A stretch of 26,292 nt of DNA from Chthoniobacterales bacterium (GTDB taxonomy: Bacteria; Verrucomicrobiota; Verrucomicrobiia; Chthoniobacterales; UBA10450): positions 1 to 26,292 of the forward strand of contig DATHXZ010000271.1 in NCBI GenBank assembly GCA_035459405.1. The letters are read 5' to 3'. Positions 1 through 9,375 of the stretch are shown in pieces (position 1 is the first letter of the stretch; every line of letters starts with the position of its first letter). The notes beneath the pieces are model-generated. The model had not been told where the DNA came from. It made no database searches and saw only the letters and a list, made by a program, of their open reading frames with translations. The translations under genes were made by a program, and so were the position numbers.

Positions 1-669
1 TCCGGCCAAGTCGTGGCGTTCGATCATCGCAAGGACCATGCGAATGACATCATGCATGTGAATCCAGCTCACGAATTGCCGTCCGCTGCCCGCTGCGCCG
101 CCCAGAAATGCTTTCGTGAGTCGTTCGAGCACCAAGAGCGCGCCGCCGCCAGGGCCGAGCACGATCCCAATTCGCAGTATCACTTTGCGCGTGGCGGGAA
201 ATGCGAACGCATCAATCGCGCCTTCCCACTGCTGGCAAACCTCCGCCATGAAATCACCGCCGCCGGGCGTGCTTTCATCAACGACGTTCTCGCCCGAACT
301 GCGGTAGTAGCCGATTCCACTTGCCTGCACGAGGACGGGCGGTGGTGTCGTAATGCCTGCAATCGCGTTAGCTAAGGTGCGGGTAGAATCGACCCGTGAA
401 TCGAGAATTTCGCTGCGATTCCGCTCCGTGAACCGGCAGTTGATGCTGCGGCCAGCAAGGTTGATGACCGCAGTAGCGCCGTCGAGCTCGCGCGCCCAGG
501 CCCCGACCGTTTTGCCGTTCCAATTCACATACCGGCTGTCGCCGCGGGTCTCGTTTTCTCCGCGCGTGAGCACGACGACTTCGAAATTCCTGCGCGAGAG
601 AAATCGCGAAAGCGCGTGGCCGATGAAACCGCTGCCTCCGGCGATGACGATGCGCGGCTTGTCCTCCAT
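1..669 (-). CDS. TIGR01777/YfcH-like NAD-dependent epimerase-family oxidoreductase, partial (runs off the left edge, so absent from the ORF track)
   Basis: Manual translation from ATG at 669: MEDKPRIVIAGGSGFIGHAL (Rossmann GxxGxxG)...DGATAVINLAGRSINCRFT...SRVDSTRTL...VLVQASGIGYY...GDFMAEVCQQWE...ILRIGIVLGPGGGAL...GSGRQFVSWIH. The frame is open to base 1. Confidence 0.85.
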   Translation of the reverse strand, partial: MEDKPRIVIAGGSGFIGHALSRFLSRRNFEVVVLTRGENETRGDSRYVNWNGKTVGAWARELDGATAVINLAGRSINCRFTERNRSEILDSRVDSTRTLANAIAGITTPPPVLVQASGIGYYRSSGENVVDESTPGGGDFMAEVCQQWEGAIDAFAFPATRKVILRIGIVLGPGGGALLVLERLTKAFLGGAAGSGRQFVSWIHMHDVIRMVLAMIERHDLAG

Positions 670-820
670 CGCCAAAGCTCGTCGAACCGGTGCCGTTTTC
701 CACCAGGATGCCGCAGCTGCGCGCGAGCCACTCTGCCGCTGTATCTGCTTTGAGACAGAAACAGATCGTGGTGCGATCGTGGAGCGGCTGGTATAGCGAA
801 ACCCGAAGTTCGACGATGCG

Positions 821-1225
821 ATGACTCAGCGGACGACCAGAGTATCTGGAGCATTCATCGGTGCCGTGTGGGTTTTCCACGGGTTGTACTCCAAACTGCT
901 CAACGGTTTCCCGCGCCATCGCGAAATCGTGGCGCGGGTCGTCGGAGAGGAATTAGCAACACCGGTCACGAAGTTGGTAGGCGCGGGCGAAGTTTTGCTC
1001 GGCCTGTGGACCTGGTCAGGCCGCGCACGCAAACCGTGCGCCGCCGCGCAAAGCGCAGCGCTGGTGAGCATGAACGCTCTGGAGATATCGCGTGCAAACG
1101 ATCTGCTTGTCTCAGGCCGCGGCATGTTGATCCTGAACGCGCTTCTGCTCGCGATGACGTGGCGTTGGGCTGCGTTCGATCGGTCGAGCGCTGAGACGAC
1201 TACCAGTCATCGCGGGCGCGGTTAG
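821..1225 (+). CDS. DoxX-like (DoxX_3-type) membrane protein
   Basis: 134 aa with several hydrophobic segments and the motifs AVWVFHGLYSKLL, GAGEVLLGLW and MNALE, which I recognise from DoxX-like proteins. Confidence 0.7.
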   Translation: MTQRTTRVSGAFIGAVWVFHGLYSKLLNGFPRHREIVARVVGEELATPVTKLVGAGEVLLGLWTWSGRARKPCAAAQSAALVSMNALEISRANDLLVSGRGMLILNALLLAMTWRWAAFDRSSAETTTSHRGRG

Positions 1226-2214
1226 AAATCAACTCCAGCCGACCATTGAAGAGAGTGCTGCGTAAGGCCGACGGAAGTGTGCGAGTATTCGCCAGCGCCC
1301 AAACCGCTTTCGCCGACATGCTGCGTCGTCGGCAACGCCCACCGCCAGCCAAGGCGGTGTGATACGGCCGGTCCGGTAACCGGCGCCTAAGGAAACCTTG
1401 TGCTCGAAGATGGCCGCATTGAGCGGGTTCACCGTAGATGAAGGAACGGCGCTGCCGGCGTAGCTGTAACCGGCGTGGAGCGCGAAATGCTCGGTCGCGC
1501 GAACTCGATCCCGGCTCGCGGCACAAACTGATCGCGCCAGCGCAGCGGCACGACATCTCTCATGCTGGTGGAGCCGACAACGCTGTTGATCGCTGGATTG
1601 CTTCCGTTCGACAGATCTATTACGAGCTCGTCGAAGGCATCACTCCAATCAGTCCAATCGATTCCGCCGACCAAACGTAGTCGCAACGCCTGCCACTCGG
1701 CGGCCGCGGAGACGGTCTGCGGAATTGTGGTTCGGACTTCCACGTCGTAGCGGAACGTCGGATCGACGAGCGCGAACCCGCCGGCCAAAACTTGCAGTTG
1801 TGCAGCGGCATTCCGGGAAGCGTGTCCGTTGGCGTGGACGACAGTCGGAGGCCGATATGCCAGGCCGATGGTGAATTTTGTGGCGAGCCGGAATTGCGCG
1901 CCGAAATCGGGCCGCACCAAAGCCATCGGACCTCCAGATGGAGCAAGGTTTTGAAACCAGCGAGCACGGCCTGACTTTGAAAAACATAAGGCCGCTTTCA
2001 GGCGATCTTCGATGTAGACAACGCCGGCGCTGGCGCCGAGGGAGAACCGGCGGGAGACCTGGACGGCGGCACCCGTACTTGTGCGTAACGCGAGAATGCG
2101 CGAGCGCTGGGTTTGTTCGCCGTAAGTAGTCGTGCCGCCGAGACCGCCGGGCACATCACGATATGGCCAATCGAGCTCGGCCATGAAATCGGGCAGAAAC
2201 CAAGTCCCGACGGC
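1222..2214 (-). pseudogene. FadL/OmpP1-like outer-membrane beta-barrel transporter remnant, 5'-truncated with about 6 single-base frameshifts
   Basis: Beta-strand-like segments spread over three frames join into ...LKA|PYVFQSQAVLAGFKTLLHLE|...FTIGLAYRPP...RWRDQFVPRAGIEFA|TEHFALHAGYSYAGSAVPSSTVNPLNAAIFEHKVSLGAGY...|...SLQWSAGVDF-stop, ending in the terminal Phe typical of OMPs. There is no signal peptide or N-terminal part, and an in-frame stop lies just upstream at 2215-2217. Confidence 0.7.
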
Positions 2215-2264
2215 TTAAAAAAATTGAGCTCGTGTTTCATTTTGAAACAGCTCAGGATCGGGGA

Positions 2265-2861
2265 ATGAAAACCCCCCTCATAATCGTGGCGTCATTTCTG
2301 ATCGTCGGCTCCAGCTTTGCTGGGTTGCCAACCTCGGTGAAAGGCCGCCGCATCACGGAAGTCAATCTCATCCCCCAACGGGTGCTGAAAAAATCCATTA
2401 GCGAGAAGTTCTACAAGAGCCTCATGGTCTCGCCGATCGACGGGTGGGTGGTGGCGAGCGGGAAGCTCTCCGGCACTGACGTGTTTGGAGAGAGAATCGT
2501 GCGCTCCGATCTCGACGGCAGGTTCAACAACGCTGCCCTGCAGGTGCTTCGCGACATTAAGATGATGGGCGACTACAAACTCGACAGCCAGATCAAGACC
2601 AGCACGGTCCTCCTCCACATGCTTGTTTACGAGATCGCGGATGGCACCATGGTGCTCTACTTCGCTACGCTCGGAGATGCGGGCAGTGATCAGGACGATT
2701 ACTTCGGCGCTGCCAAACTTGCCGTGCTGAAAAAGGACGGCACCTGGACGGAGATCAAGACGGCGGATTCCGGCAAAGGACTTTACGTGCGAGGCGCCGG
2801 GCTCCGAAGCAATGGGCAAGCTGCGCTAAAGCTGGAGACGTTCAATCCCCTTCGCCCCTGA
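2265..2861 (+). CDS. Secreted hypothetical protein (198 aa), possibly with a degenerate TonB-C-like segment
   Basis: ATG at 2265 gives MKTPLIIVASFLIVGSSFA-G, a classic signal peptide. The ORF is long and clean with coding-like codon usage. Confidence 0.75.
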   Translation: MKTPLIIVASFLIVGSSFAGLPTSVKGRRITEVNLIPQRVLKKSISEKFYKSLMVSPIDGWVVASGKLSGTDVFGERIVRSDLDGRFNNAALQVLRDIKMMGDYKLDSQIKTSTVLLHMLVYEIADGTMVLYFATLGDAGSDQDDYFGAAKLAVLKKDGTWTEIKTADSGKGLYVRGAGLRSNGQAALKLETFNPLRP

Positions 2862-3001
2862 CCGGAGTTCGGCCCGATCGCCCGCTGCGCTGCACGGCGC
2901 TCGCATTGCTAAACGCACCCGCAATGACGCTCGACAAACGTCGGGCTAACCCGAACATCGCGCACGTTCGCATTCCGGGAACAAAACGCACGGAAATTCT
3001 G

Positions 3002-3029
3002 TTGCGGGGGCTGCTTTCATTCCTATAGT
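3002..3029 (+). promoter_or_regulatory. Putative sigma70 promoter of the rpsL superoperon
   Basis: TTGCGG (3002-3007), 16-nt spacer, TATAGT (3024-3029), about 95 nt upstream of the rpsL ATG. Confidence 0.6.
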
Positions 3030-3062
3030 GCCGCTCCCCGCAGCAGGTGCGTGAGGCAAGTG

Positions 3063-3120
3063 GACGCGCCCGGTGCGTCTTTTTTGTCGCCCGATTCCAG
3101 TGGAACGGGCGGCTTTTATT
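3063..3120 (+). promoter_or_regulatory. rpsL 5' leader with two tandem hairpins, each followed by a T tract (attenuator-like)
   Basis: GACGCGC-CCG-GTGCGTC followed by TTTTTT (3063-3085), then GTCGCCCG-A-TTCC-AGT-GGAA-CGGGCGGC followed by TTTTATTT (3086-3121). Confidence 0.5.
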
Positions 3121-3124
3121 TAAA

Positions 3125-3535
3125 ATGCCAACGATCAATCAGCTCATTCGCAAAGGACGAAAGAAGATTTCGGTGAAGTCAAAATCACCGGCTCTGAAGA
3201 ATTGTCCGCAGCGACGCGGTGTGTGCACGCAGGTGATGACGCGCACGCCGAAGAAGCCGAACTCTGCGCTGCGCAAAGTGGCGAAGGTGCGGTTGACGAA
3301 CGGGCAGGAAATCATAGCCTACATACCCGGCGAAGGGCACAATCTGCAGGAGCACTCGATCGTGCTCGTGCGCGGGGGTCGCGTGAAGGATTTGCCCGGT
3401 GTGCGTTATCACATCGTGCGCGGGACACTCGACAGCCTCGGGGTTGATGGGCGCCGCCGGAGCCGTTCGAAATACGGCGCGAAACGCCCGAAAGCTGGTG
3501 CTGAGGCAGCGGCGGCGGGCAAGAAGAAGAAATAA
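3125..3535 (+). CDS. rpsL: 30S ribosomal protein S12
   Basis: [12 protein letters not shown]...CPQRRGVC...[11 protein letters not shown]...[11 protein letters not shown]. The true start is ATG 3125, not the ORF-track start at 3047. Confidence 0.99.
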   Translation: MPTINQLIRKGRKKISVKSKSPALKNCPQRRGVCTQVMTRTPKKPNSALRKVAKVRLTNGQEIIAYIPGEGHNLQEHSIVLVRGGRVKDLPGVRYHIVRGTLDSLGVDGRRRSRSKYGAKRPKAGAEAAAAGKKKK

Positions 3536-3571
3536 ATTTCAGCTCTCTAGAAGTACGGAAACGGAAATCAC

Positions 3572-4045
3572 ATGTCTCGTCGGCGGAAGGTTTACAAAAA
3601 GGAGGAGAAGGTCGACTCGCGCTACGGCAGCGTCGCAGTCGCGCGGCTGATCTCTACCGTGATGAAGCGGGGGAAGAAATCCCTCGCGGAGCGCATCGTC
3701 TACACTGCGATCGACAAGTCGCGTGAAGGCTCGGATGCGGTCGATCCTCTTGAAGTTGTAAACAAAGCGCTCGAGAACGTCCGTCCCCGTCTCGAAGTAA
3801 AGTCACGCCGCGTCGGTGGCGCGACGTATCAGGTGCCGATGGAAGTGACACCGGCACGTCAGGTTTCGCTCGCGATGCGTTGGATTGTGACCTACGCGGA
3901 CAATCGCCGCGGTCAGCCGATGGCTGATGCGCTCGCGGCTGAGCTCAAAGACGCCGCCGCCGGTCAGGGCAACGCGATCAAGAAGCGCGACGACACTCAC
4001 AAGATGGCGCAAGCGAACCGCGCCTTTGCACATTTCCGCTGGTAA
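3572..4045 (+). CDS. rpsG: 30S ribosomal protein S7
   Basis: MSRRRK...GKKSLAERIVY...RRVGGATYQVP...HKMAQANRAFAHFRW. Confidence 0.99.
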   Translation: MSRRRKVYKKEEKVDSRYGSVAVARLISTVMKRGKKSLAERIVYTAIDKSREGSDAVDPLEVVNKALENVRPRLEVKSRRVGGATYQVPMEVTPARQVSLAMRWIVTYADNRRGQPMADALAAELKDAAAGQGNAIKKRDDTHKMAQANRAFAHFRW

Positions 4046-4049
4046 TAAA

Positions 4050-6227
4050 ATGGCTACTGCGACTCTAGATAAACCCGCCGCCTCGACGAATCCGAATTCG
4101 CCGAAGCGCAAGTTCCCGCTCGAGAAGACGCGGAACATCGGGATCGCTGCGCACATCGACGCCGGGAAAACGACGCTGACCGAGCGGATTCTTTTCTATA
4201 CCGGCATGATCCACAAGATCGGTGAGGTGCACGAAGGCACCACCGTCACCGACTGGATGGAGCAGGAGCGCGAGCGTGGCATCACGATCACCTCGGCGGC
4301 GACAACCTGCGCGTGGAAACAGCGCAAGGAAGAGGGTGTCTACAAGATGTTCGAAGACGTGAACATGCGCGTGAACATCATCGACACGCCTGGCCACGTA
4401 GATTTCACGGCGGAGGTCGAGCGTTCGCTCCGCGTCCTCGACGGCGCGATTGCGGTGTTCGACGCGGTCGCCGGTGTGCAGCCGCAATCCGAGACCGTCT
4501 GGCGTCAGGCGAACAAATATAAGGTCCCGCGCATCGCGTTCATCAACAAGATGGATCGCGTCGGCGCCGACTTCGACAACGCGATCAAGACGATGCACGA
4601 CAAGTTGGCCGCGAATGCGTGGCCAATCCTGATCCCGCTCGGCAAGGAAGATTATCTAAAGGGGCAGCTCGACGTCGTGAACCGAAAGGCGGTTCTCTAT
4701 TCAGATAACGACGTCATGGGTTCGACCTACGAGGTGACGGAAGTGCCGGCGGAGCACACGAATCTCGTCGAGCAAGCTTACCAGACGCTCGTCGAGCAGA
4801 TCTCGAACATCGACGACGAAGTGGCGGAAGCGGTACTCGAAGAGAGCGTAGTGACGCCGCAGATGCTGAAAGCGGGCATCCGTCGTCAGACCATCGCGAA
4901 CAAGTTTGTGCCGGTTGTCGGCGGCAGCGCGTTCAAGAACAAGGGCGTGCAGTATCTCGTCGACTCGGTCATCGATTACCTGCCTGGTCCCCTTGATATT
5001 CCGCCGGCGCGCGGTCAGGATCCGGATTCCGGCGCGCCGATGGAAGCGCCCACGGACGATAACGGCACCTTCTGCTCGCTTGCGTTCAAGCTCTGGAGCG
5101 ATCCGTTCGTTGGAAAGCTCGTGTTCTTCCGCGTTTACAGCGGCACACTTTCGAAGGGCGACACCGTTTACAATCCGCGCACGAACAAGCGCGAGCGCAT
5201 CTCGCGTTTGATCCAGATTCAGGCCGACAAGCGCGAAGACATTGAGACCTGCTACGCGGGTGACATCGCGGCGATCGTCGGTATCAAGAACATCACGACG
5301 GGCGACACGCTGTGCGACGAGGATCACGCGATCCTGCTCGAGCCGCCGTCGTTCCCTGAGCCGGTTATCTCGATGGCGATCGAGCCGAAGACGAAGCAGG
5401 ATCAGGAGAAGATGGCGACTGCACTGCAGCGTCTCGCCGAAGAAGATCCGACGTTCCGCGTCTTCACGCACGAAGACACCGGCCAGACGATCATCGCCGG
5501 CATGGGTGAGCTCCACCTCGAGATCATCCGCGATCGCATGCTGCGCGAGTTCAAGGTCGACGCGAACTCTGGCAAGCCGCAGATCGCGTATCGCGAGACC
5601 ATCACCGCCCCGGCTGGCGGTGAAGGCAAGCTGATCAAGCAATCAGGTGGTCGCGGTCAGTACGGCCACGTCATCATCAAGGTGCAGCCTAACGAGCGCG
5701 GCAAAGGCATCACGGTCGAGAACAAGGTGGTCGGCGGAAACATCCCGAAAGACTACATTCCCGCATGTAAGAAGGGCATCGAAGAGGCGATGCTCAACGG
5801 TGTCGTCGGCGGCTACCAGGTGATCGACGCCCACGTGGACATTACCGACGGTTCGTACCACGACGTCGACTCGAACGAAATGGCGTTCAAGCTCGCTGCC
5901 ATCTTTGCGGTGAAGGACGCGTTTAAGAAGGCGAAGCCGATCCTGCTCGAGCCGATCATGAAGGTCGAAAATTCGACACCGGAAGAGTTCCAGGGCGACA
6001 TCATCGGCGACTTGAATCGCCGCCGCGCAAAGATCAACAGCATCGAATCGCGCGGCAATCTCACGGTCGTGAATGCCGAAGTTCCGCTCGCGGAAATGTT
6101 CGGTTACGCGACTGCGATTCGCTCGCTCTCGAAAGGCCGCTCGAGCTATTCGATGGAGCCATCGCACTTTGAGCAGGTTCCCGGCAATTTGCTGCCGGCG
6201 ATCCTCGACCAAAAGGAGACGAAGTAG
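4050..6227 (+). CDS. fusA: Elongation factor G
   Basis: [56 protein letters not shown]. Start at ATG 4050 just after the rpsG stop. Confidence 0.99.
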   Translation: MATATLDKPAASTNPNSPKRKFPLEKTRNIGIAAHIDAGKTTLTERILFYTGMIHKIGEVHEGTTVTDWMEQERERGITITSAATTCAWKQRKEEGVYKMFEDVNMRVNIIDTPGHVDFTAEVERSLRVLDGAIAVFDAVAGVQPQSETVWRQANKYKVPRIAFINKMDRVGADFDNAIKTMHDKLAANAWPILIPLGKEDYLKGQLDVVNRKAVLYSDNDVMGSTYEVTEVPAEHTNLVEQAYQTLVEQISNIDDEVAEAVLEESVVTPQMLKAGIRRQTIANKFVPVVGGSAFKNKGVQYLVDSVIDYLPGPLDIPPARGQDPDSGAPMEAPTDDNGTFCSLAFKLWSDPFVGKLVFFRVYSGTLSKGDTVYNPRTNKRERISRLIQIQADKREDIETCYAGDIAAIVGIKNITTGDTLCDEDHAILLEPPSFPEPVISMAIEPKTKQDQEKMATALQRLAEEDPTFRVFTHEDTGQTIIAGMGELHLEIIRDRMLREFKVDANSGKPQIAYRETITAPAGGEGKLIKQSGGRGQYGHVIIKVQPNERGKGITVENKVVGGNIPKDYIPACKKGIEEAMLNGVVGGYQVIDAHVDITDGSYHDVDSNEMAFKLAAIFAVKDAFKKAKPILLEPIMKVENSTPEEFQGDIIGDLNRRRAKINSIESRGNLTVVNAEVPLAEMFGYATAIRSLSKGRSSYSMEPSHFEQVPGNLLPAILDQKETK

Positions 6228-6228
6228 T

Positions 6229-6540
<312 letters not shown>

Positions 6541-6578
6541 CGCAGCCCGCACTACACCCCTTTTGCAAGCCCACGCAC

Positions 6579-7289
6579 ATGAGCATCGGACTTTTAGGAC
6601 AGAAAATCGGCATGACCAGCGTCTACGACGCGGCGGGCAAGCTGCGTCCGGTGACCGTGATCGCCGCCGGCGATAACGTTCTGGTCAACCGGCTTACGGC
6701 CGAGAACAACGGCTACTCCGCGGTTCAGGTCGGATACGGCACGCAGAAAGAGTCGCGCTTGAACAACGCGGCGCTCGGCCAGTTCAAGAAGGCCGGCGTC
6801 GAGCCGAAAAAATTCGTGCGCGAGTTTCGACTCGGTGCCGACGCGCCGGAAGGCGAGATCAACCTGAACGTGACGCAGTTCGCACCGGGCGATTTCGTCG
6901 ACGTGATCGGACGCTCGAAGGGTAAAGGTTTCCAGGGCGTCATGAAGAAGCACAACTTCGCTGGCCAGGGCGCAGCGCACGGCTCGAAGACGCATCGTCG
7001 TAACGGCGCCATCGGCAACCGTTCCACACCAGGTCGTGTCTGGAAGAACATGGGCATGCCGGGCCACATGGGTGACGAACGTGTGACAGTGCAGAATCTG
7101 CAGGTGATGCAGGTGCGCGAGGCGGAAAAGGTGATTTTGGTCAGCGGCGCGGTGCCGGGCGCGAACGGCAGCTACGTTGTCGTTAGGCCGGCGATCAAGA
7201 ACCCCGGCAGGCTCGTGGCCGAGCACGCCGCGCATCGTGCAGCCGACCAGGCTGAGCAAGCGAAGAAGCCGGCAGTGAAAATTCGATAA
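6579..7289 (+). CDS. rplC: 50S ribosomal protein L3
   Basis: GLLGQKIGMT...SKGKGFQGVMKKHNF...GSKTHRRNGAIG...MPGHMG. Confidence 0.99.
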   Translation: MSIGLLGQKIGMTSVYDAAGKLRPVTVIAAGDNVLVNRLTAENNGYSAVQVGYGTQKESRLNNAALGQFKKAGVEPKKFVREFRLGADAPEGEINLNVTQFAPGDFVDVIGRSKGKGFQGVMKKHNFAGQGAAHGSKTHRRNGAIGNRSTPGRVWKNMGMPGHMGDERVTVQNLQVMQVREAEKVILVSGAVPGANGSYVVVRPAIKNPGRLVAEHAAHRAADQAEQAKKPAVKIR

Positions 7290-7292
7290 GCT

Positions 7293-7937
7293 ATGGCCGC
7301 AACGATTCTCACAGCAGACGCAGCGCGGAGCGCGAACATCGCACTGATTGAAGGCGGTCGCGGAACGCAGGCGGTGCACGACGTCGTCGTCGCGATGCGC
7401 GCCGCGCGTCGTTCTGGTTCGGCGAACACGAAGACAAAGGCCGAAGTCGCGCTTTCGGGTGCGAAGCCGTGGCGTCAGAAGGGCACTGGCCGCGCACGTG
7501 CGGGTTACAAGAGCTCGCCGATCTGGCGTGGCGGCGGTGTCGTGTTCGGCCCGAAGCCGCGCGACTACAGCAAGAAAGTTTCGAAGACGGTAAGGCGTCT
7601 CGCCTTTCAGAAAGCGCTGACGGAGCGCATCAACGCCGGCGACGTGCTGACGATCGATTCGTTCAACGTGCCGGAGCTGAAGACGAAGTCCTTCCTCACC
7701 CTTCTGCGCCAGCTGACGGATGCGAAGAAGGTGCTGCTGATTTCAGATTCGTTCGACGAGAACACCTACAAGGCGGCGCGCAACGTGAAGCCGGTGCTTC
7801 TCACCACGGCAGCCGACGTGAACACGGAGCAGCTGCTCGCGTTCAACAAGATTTTGGTCACGAGCCGCGCGCTCGGAATGCTGGCAAGCCGCACGCGTTC
7901 GCGCGAAGCCGCCGAGAGCAACGGAGGTGCGCAGTGA
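7293..7937 (+). CDS. rplD: 50S ribosomal protein L4
   Basis: KPWRQKGTGRARAG...WRGGGVVFGPKPRDY. Confidence 0.99.
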   Translation: MAATILTADAARSANIALIEGGRGTQAVHDVVVAMRAARRSGSANTKTKAEVALSGAKPWRQKGTGRARAGYKSSPIWRGGGVVFGPKPRDYSKKVSKTVRRLAFQKALTERINAGDVLTIDSFNVPELKTKSFLTLLRQLTDAKKVLLISDSFDENTYKAARNVKPVLLTTAADVNTEQLLAFNKILVTSRALGMLASRTRSREAAESNGGAQ

Positions 7938-8221
7938 TGAAAGACATTTTCGACATCATCCAAACGGCGTCGCTGACGGAGAAGGCTTCGCTGCTCAGCG
8001 AGAAGCAGAACAAGTACGTGTTCCGCGTCGCGCCGCGCGCCAACAAGATCCAGATCAAGGAAGCCGTTGAGAAGCTGTTCAACAAGACCGTCGTCGCAGT
8101 GAACACTGCGAATTATGCCGGCAAGAAGAAGCGCGAGCGTCGCGCGGATTTCGGCCGCAAACCGCATTGGAAGAAGGCCATCGTGACGCTGAAGGAAGGC
8201 GACAAGATCGACCTCGTTTAA
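7937..8221 (+). CDS. rplW: 50S ribosomal protein L23
   Basis: LTEKA...[24 protein letters not shown]...WKKAIVTL. The ATG overlaps the rplD TGA and has a GGAGGTG SD upstream. Confidence 0.98.
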   Translation: MKDIFDIIQTASLTEKASLLSEKQNKYVFRVAPRANKIQIKEAVEKLFNKTVVAVNTANYAGKKKRERRADFGRKPHWKKAIVTLKEGDKIDLV

Positions 8222-8228
8222 TTTCGTT

Positions 8229-9086
8229 ATGGCAATCCGAGCATACCGCCCACTCACGCCGACTCTGCGCTTCAAGACGCTCCCGACTTTCGCGGAGATC
8301 ACGAAGTCTGGAAAGTCGCGCCCACACAAGAGCCTCACTGAGGTCAAGAAGCGCAGCGGCGGCCGCAACAACAACGGCCGGCTCACGTCGCGCCACATTG
8401 GCGGCGGTCACAAGCAGAAGTACCGCAAGATCGACTTCAAGCGCCGCAAGCATGGTGTCGCCGCGGAAGTGGTCGGCGTCGAATACGATCCGAATCGCTC
8501 CGCGCGTATCGCGCTGATCCGTTACGCCGATGGCGAGATGAGCTACATCATCGCGCCCGATGGTCTGAAGGCTGGCGCGCGGGTGATGTCGGGCGCCACT
8601 GCGCCGCCGGAGATCGGCAACTCGCTGCCGCTTAGCGCGATCCCGCTCGGCTCCAACATTCACAACATCGAGATCGCTCCGGGTCGCGGCGGACAGATCG
8701 CGCGTAGCGCGGGTCAGCAGGCGACGTTGAGCAACCGCGAAGCTGGTTACGCGCTGGTGAAATTGCCGTCCGGTGAAATCCGTCGCATTCATGACAGCTG
8801 CAGCGCGACGCTTGGCCAGGTCAGCAACGTCGATCACATGAACGTCGTCAGCGCGAAGGCGGGGCGCACACGCTGGCAGGGCCGCCGCCCGCACGTCCGC
8901 GGCATGGTGATGAACCCAATCGATCACCCGAACGGCGGCGGTCAGGGTAAATCGAAGGGCGGCGGTGGACGCCAGCACCTGACGAGCCCGTGGGGTCAGC
9001 CGGCGAAAGGTTTCAAGACGCGGTCGAAACACAAGCCGAGCGATCGATTCATCATGCAGGACCGGCGCGTGAGCCGGAAAAAGTAA
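8229..9086 (+). CDS. rplB: 50S ribosomal protein L2
   Basis: [19 protein letters not shown]...[12 protein letters not shown]...[16 protein letters not shown]. Confidence 0.99.
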   Translation: MAIRAYRPLTPTLRFKTLPTFAEITKSGKSRPHKSLTEVKKRSGGRNNNGRLTSRHIGGGHKQKYRKIDFKRRKHGVAAEVVGVEYDPNRSARIALIRYADGEMSYIIAPDGLKAGARVMSGATAPPEIGNSLPLSAIPLGSNIHNIEIAPGRGGQIARSAGQQATLSNREAGYALVKLPSGEIRRIHDSCSATLGQVSNVDHMNVVSAKAGRTRWQGRRPHVRGMVMNPIDHPNGGGQGKSKGGGGRQHLTSPWGQPAKGFKTRSKHKPSDRFIMQDRRVSRKK

Positions 9087-9092
9087 TTTGAT

Positions 9093-9371
9093 ATGAGCAG
9101 ATCGCTGAAAAAAGGACCGTTCGTAGAGCCGCATCTTCTCGAGAAGATCGACAAGATGAATTCGTCCGGCGTGAAGAAGCCGATTAAGACCTGGTCGCGC
9201 CGGTCGATGGTCACGCCCGATTTCGTTGGCCACACCTTCATGGTGCACAACGGCAAAATTTTTACCTCAGTGTTCGTGACCGAGAATATGGTCGGTCATA
9301 AGCTCGGCGAATTTTCGCCGACGCGGATATTTAAGAAGCACGGTTCGCACACCGCCAAGGTGACGAAGTAG
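9093..9371 (+). CDS. rpsS: 30S ribosomal protein S19
   Basis: [11 protein letters not shown]...IKTWSRRS...VHNGK...[13 protein letters not shown]. Confidence 0.99.
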   Translation: MSRSLKKGPFVEPHLLEKIDKMNSSGVKKPIKTWSRRSMVTPDFVGHTFMVHNGKIFTSVFVTENMVGHKLGEFSPTRIFKKHGSHTAKVTK

Positions 9372-9375
9372 TGAT

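Noticed and set aside
13-919. Track ORFs 13..375 (+), 353..796 (+), 368..919 (-) and 525..854 (-)
   Set aside because: They are shadows or alternate frames of the real TIGR01777-like gene (669 to <1, minus strand), which has recognisable motifs.
3245-3400. Streptomycin-resistance substitutions in S12
   Set aside because: The TPKKPNSA and RVKDLPG motifs are wild type.
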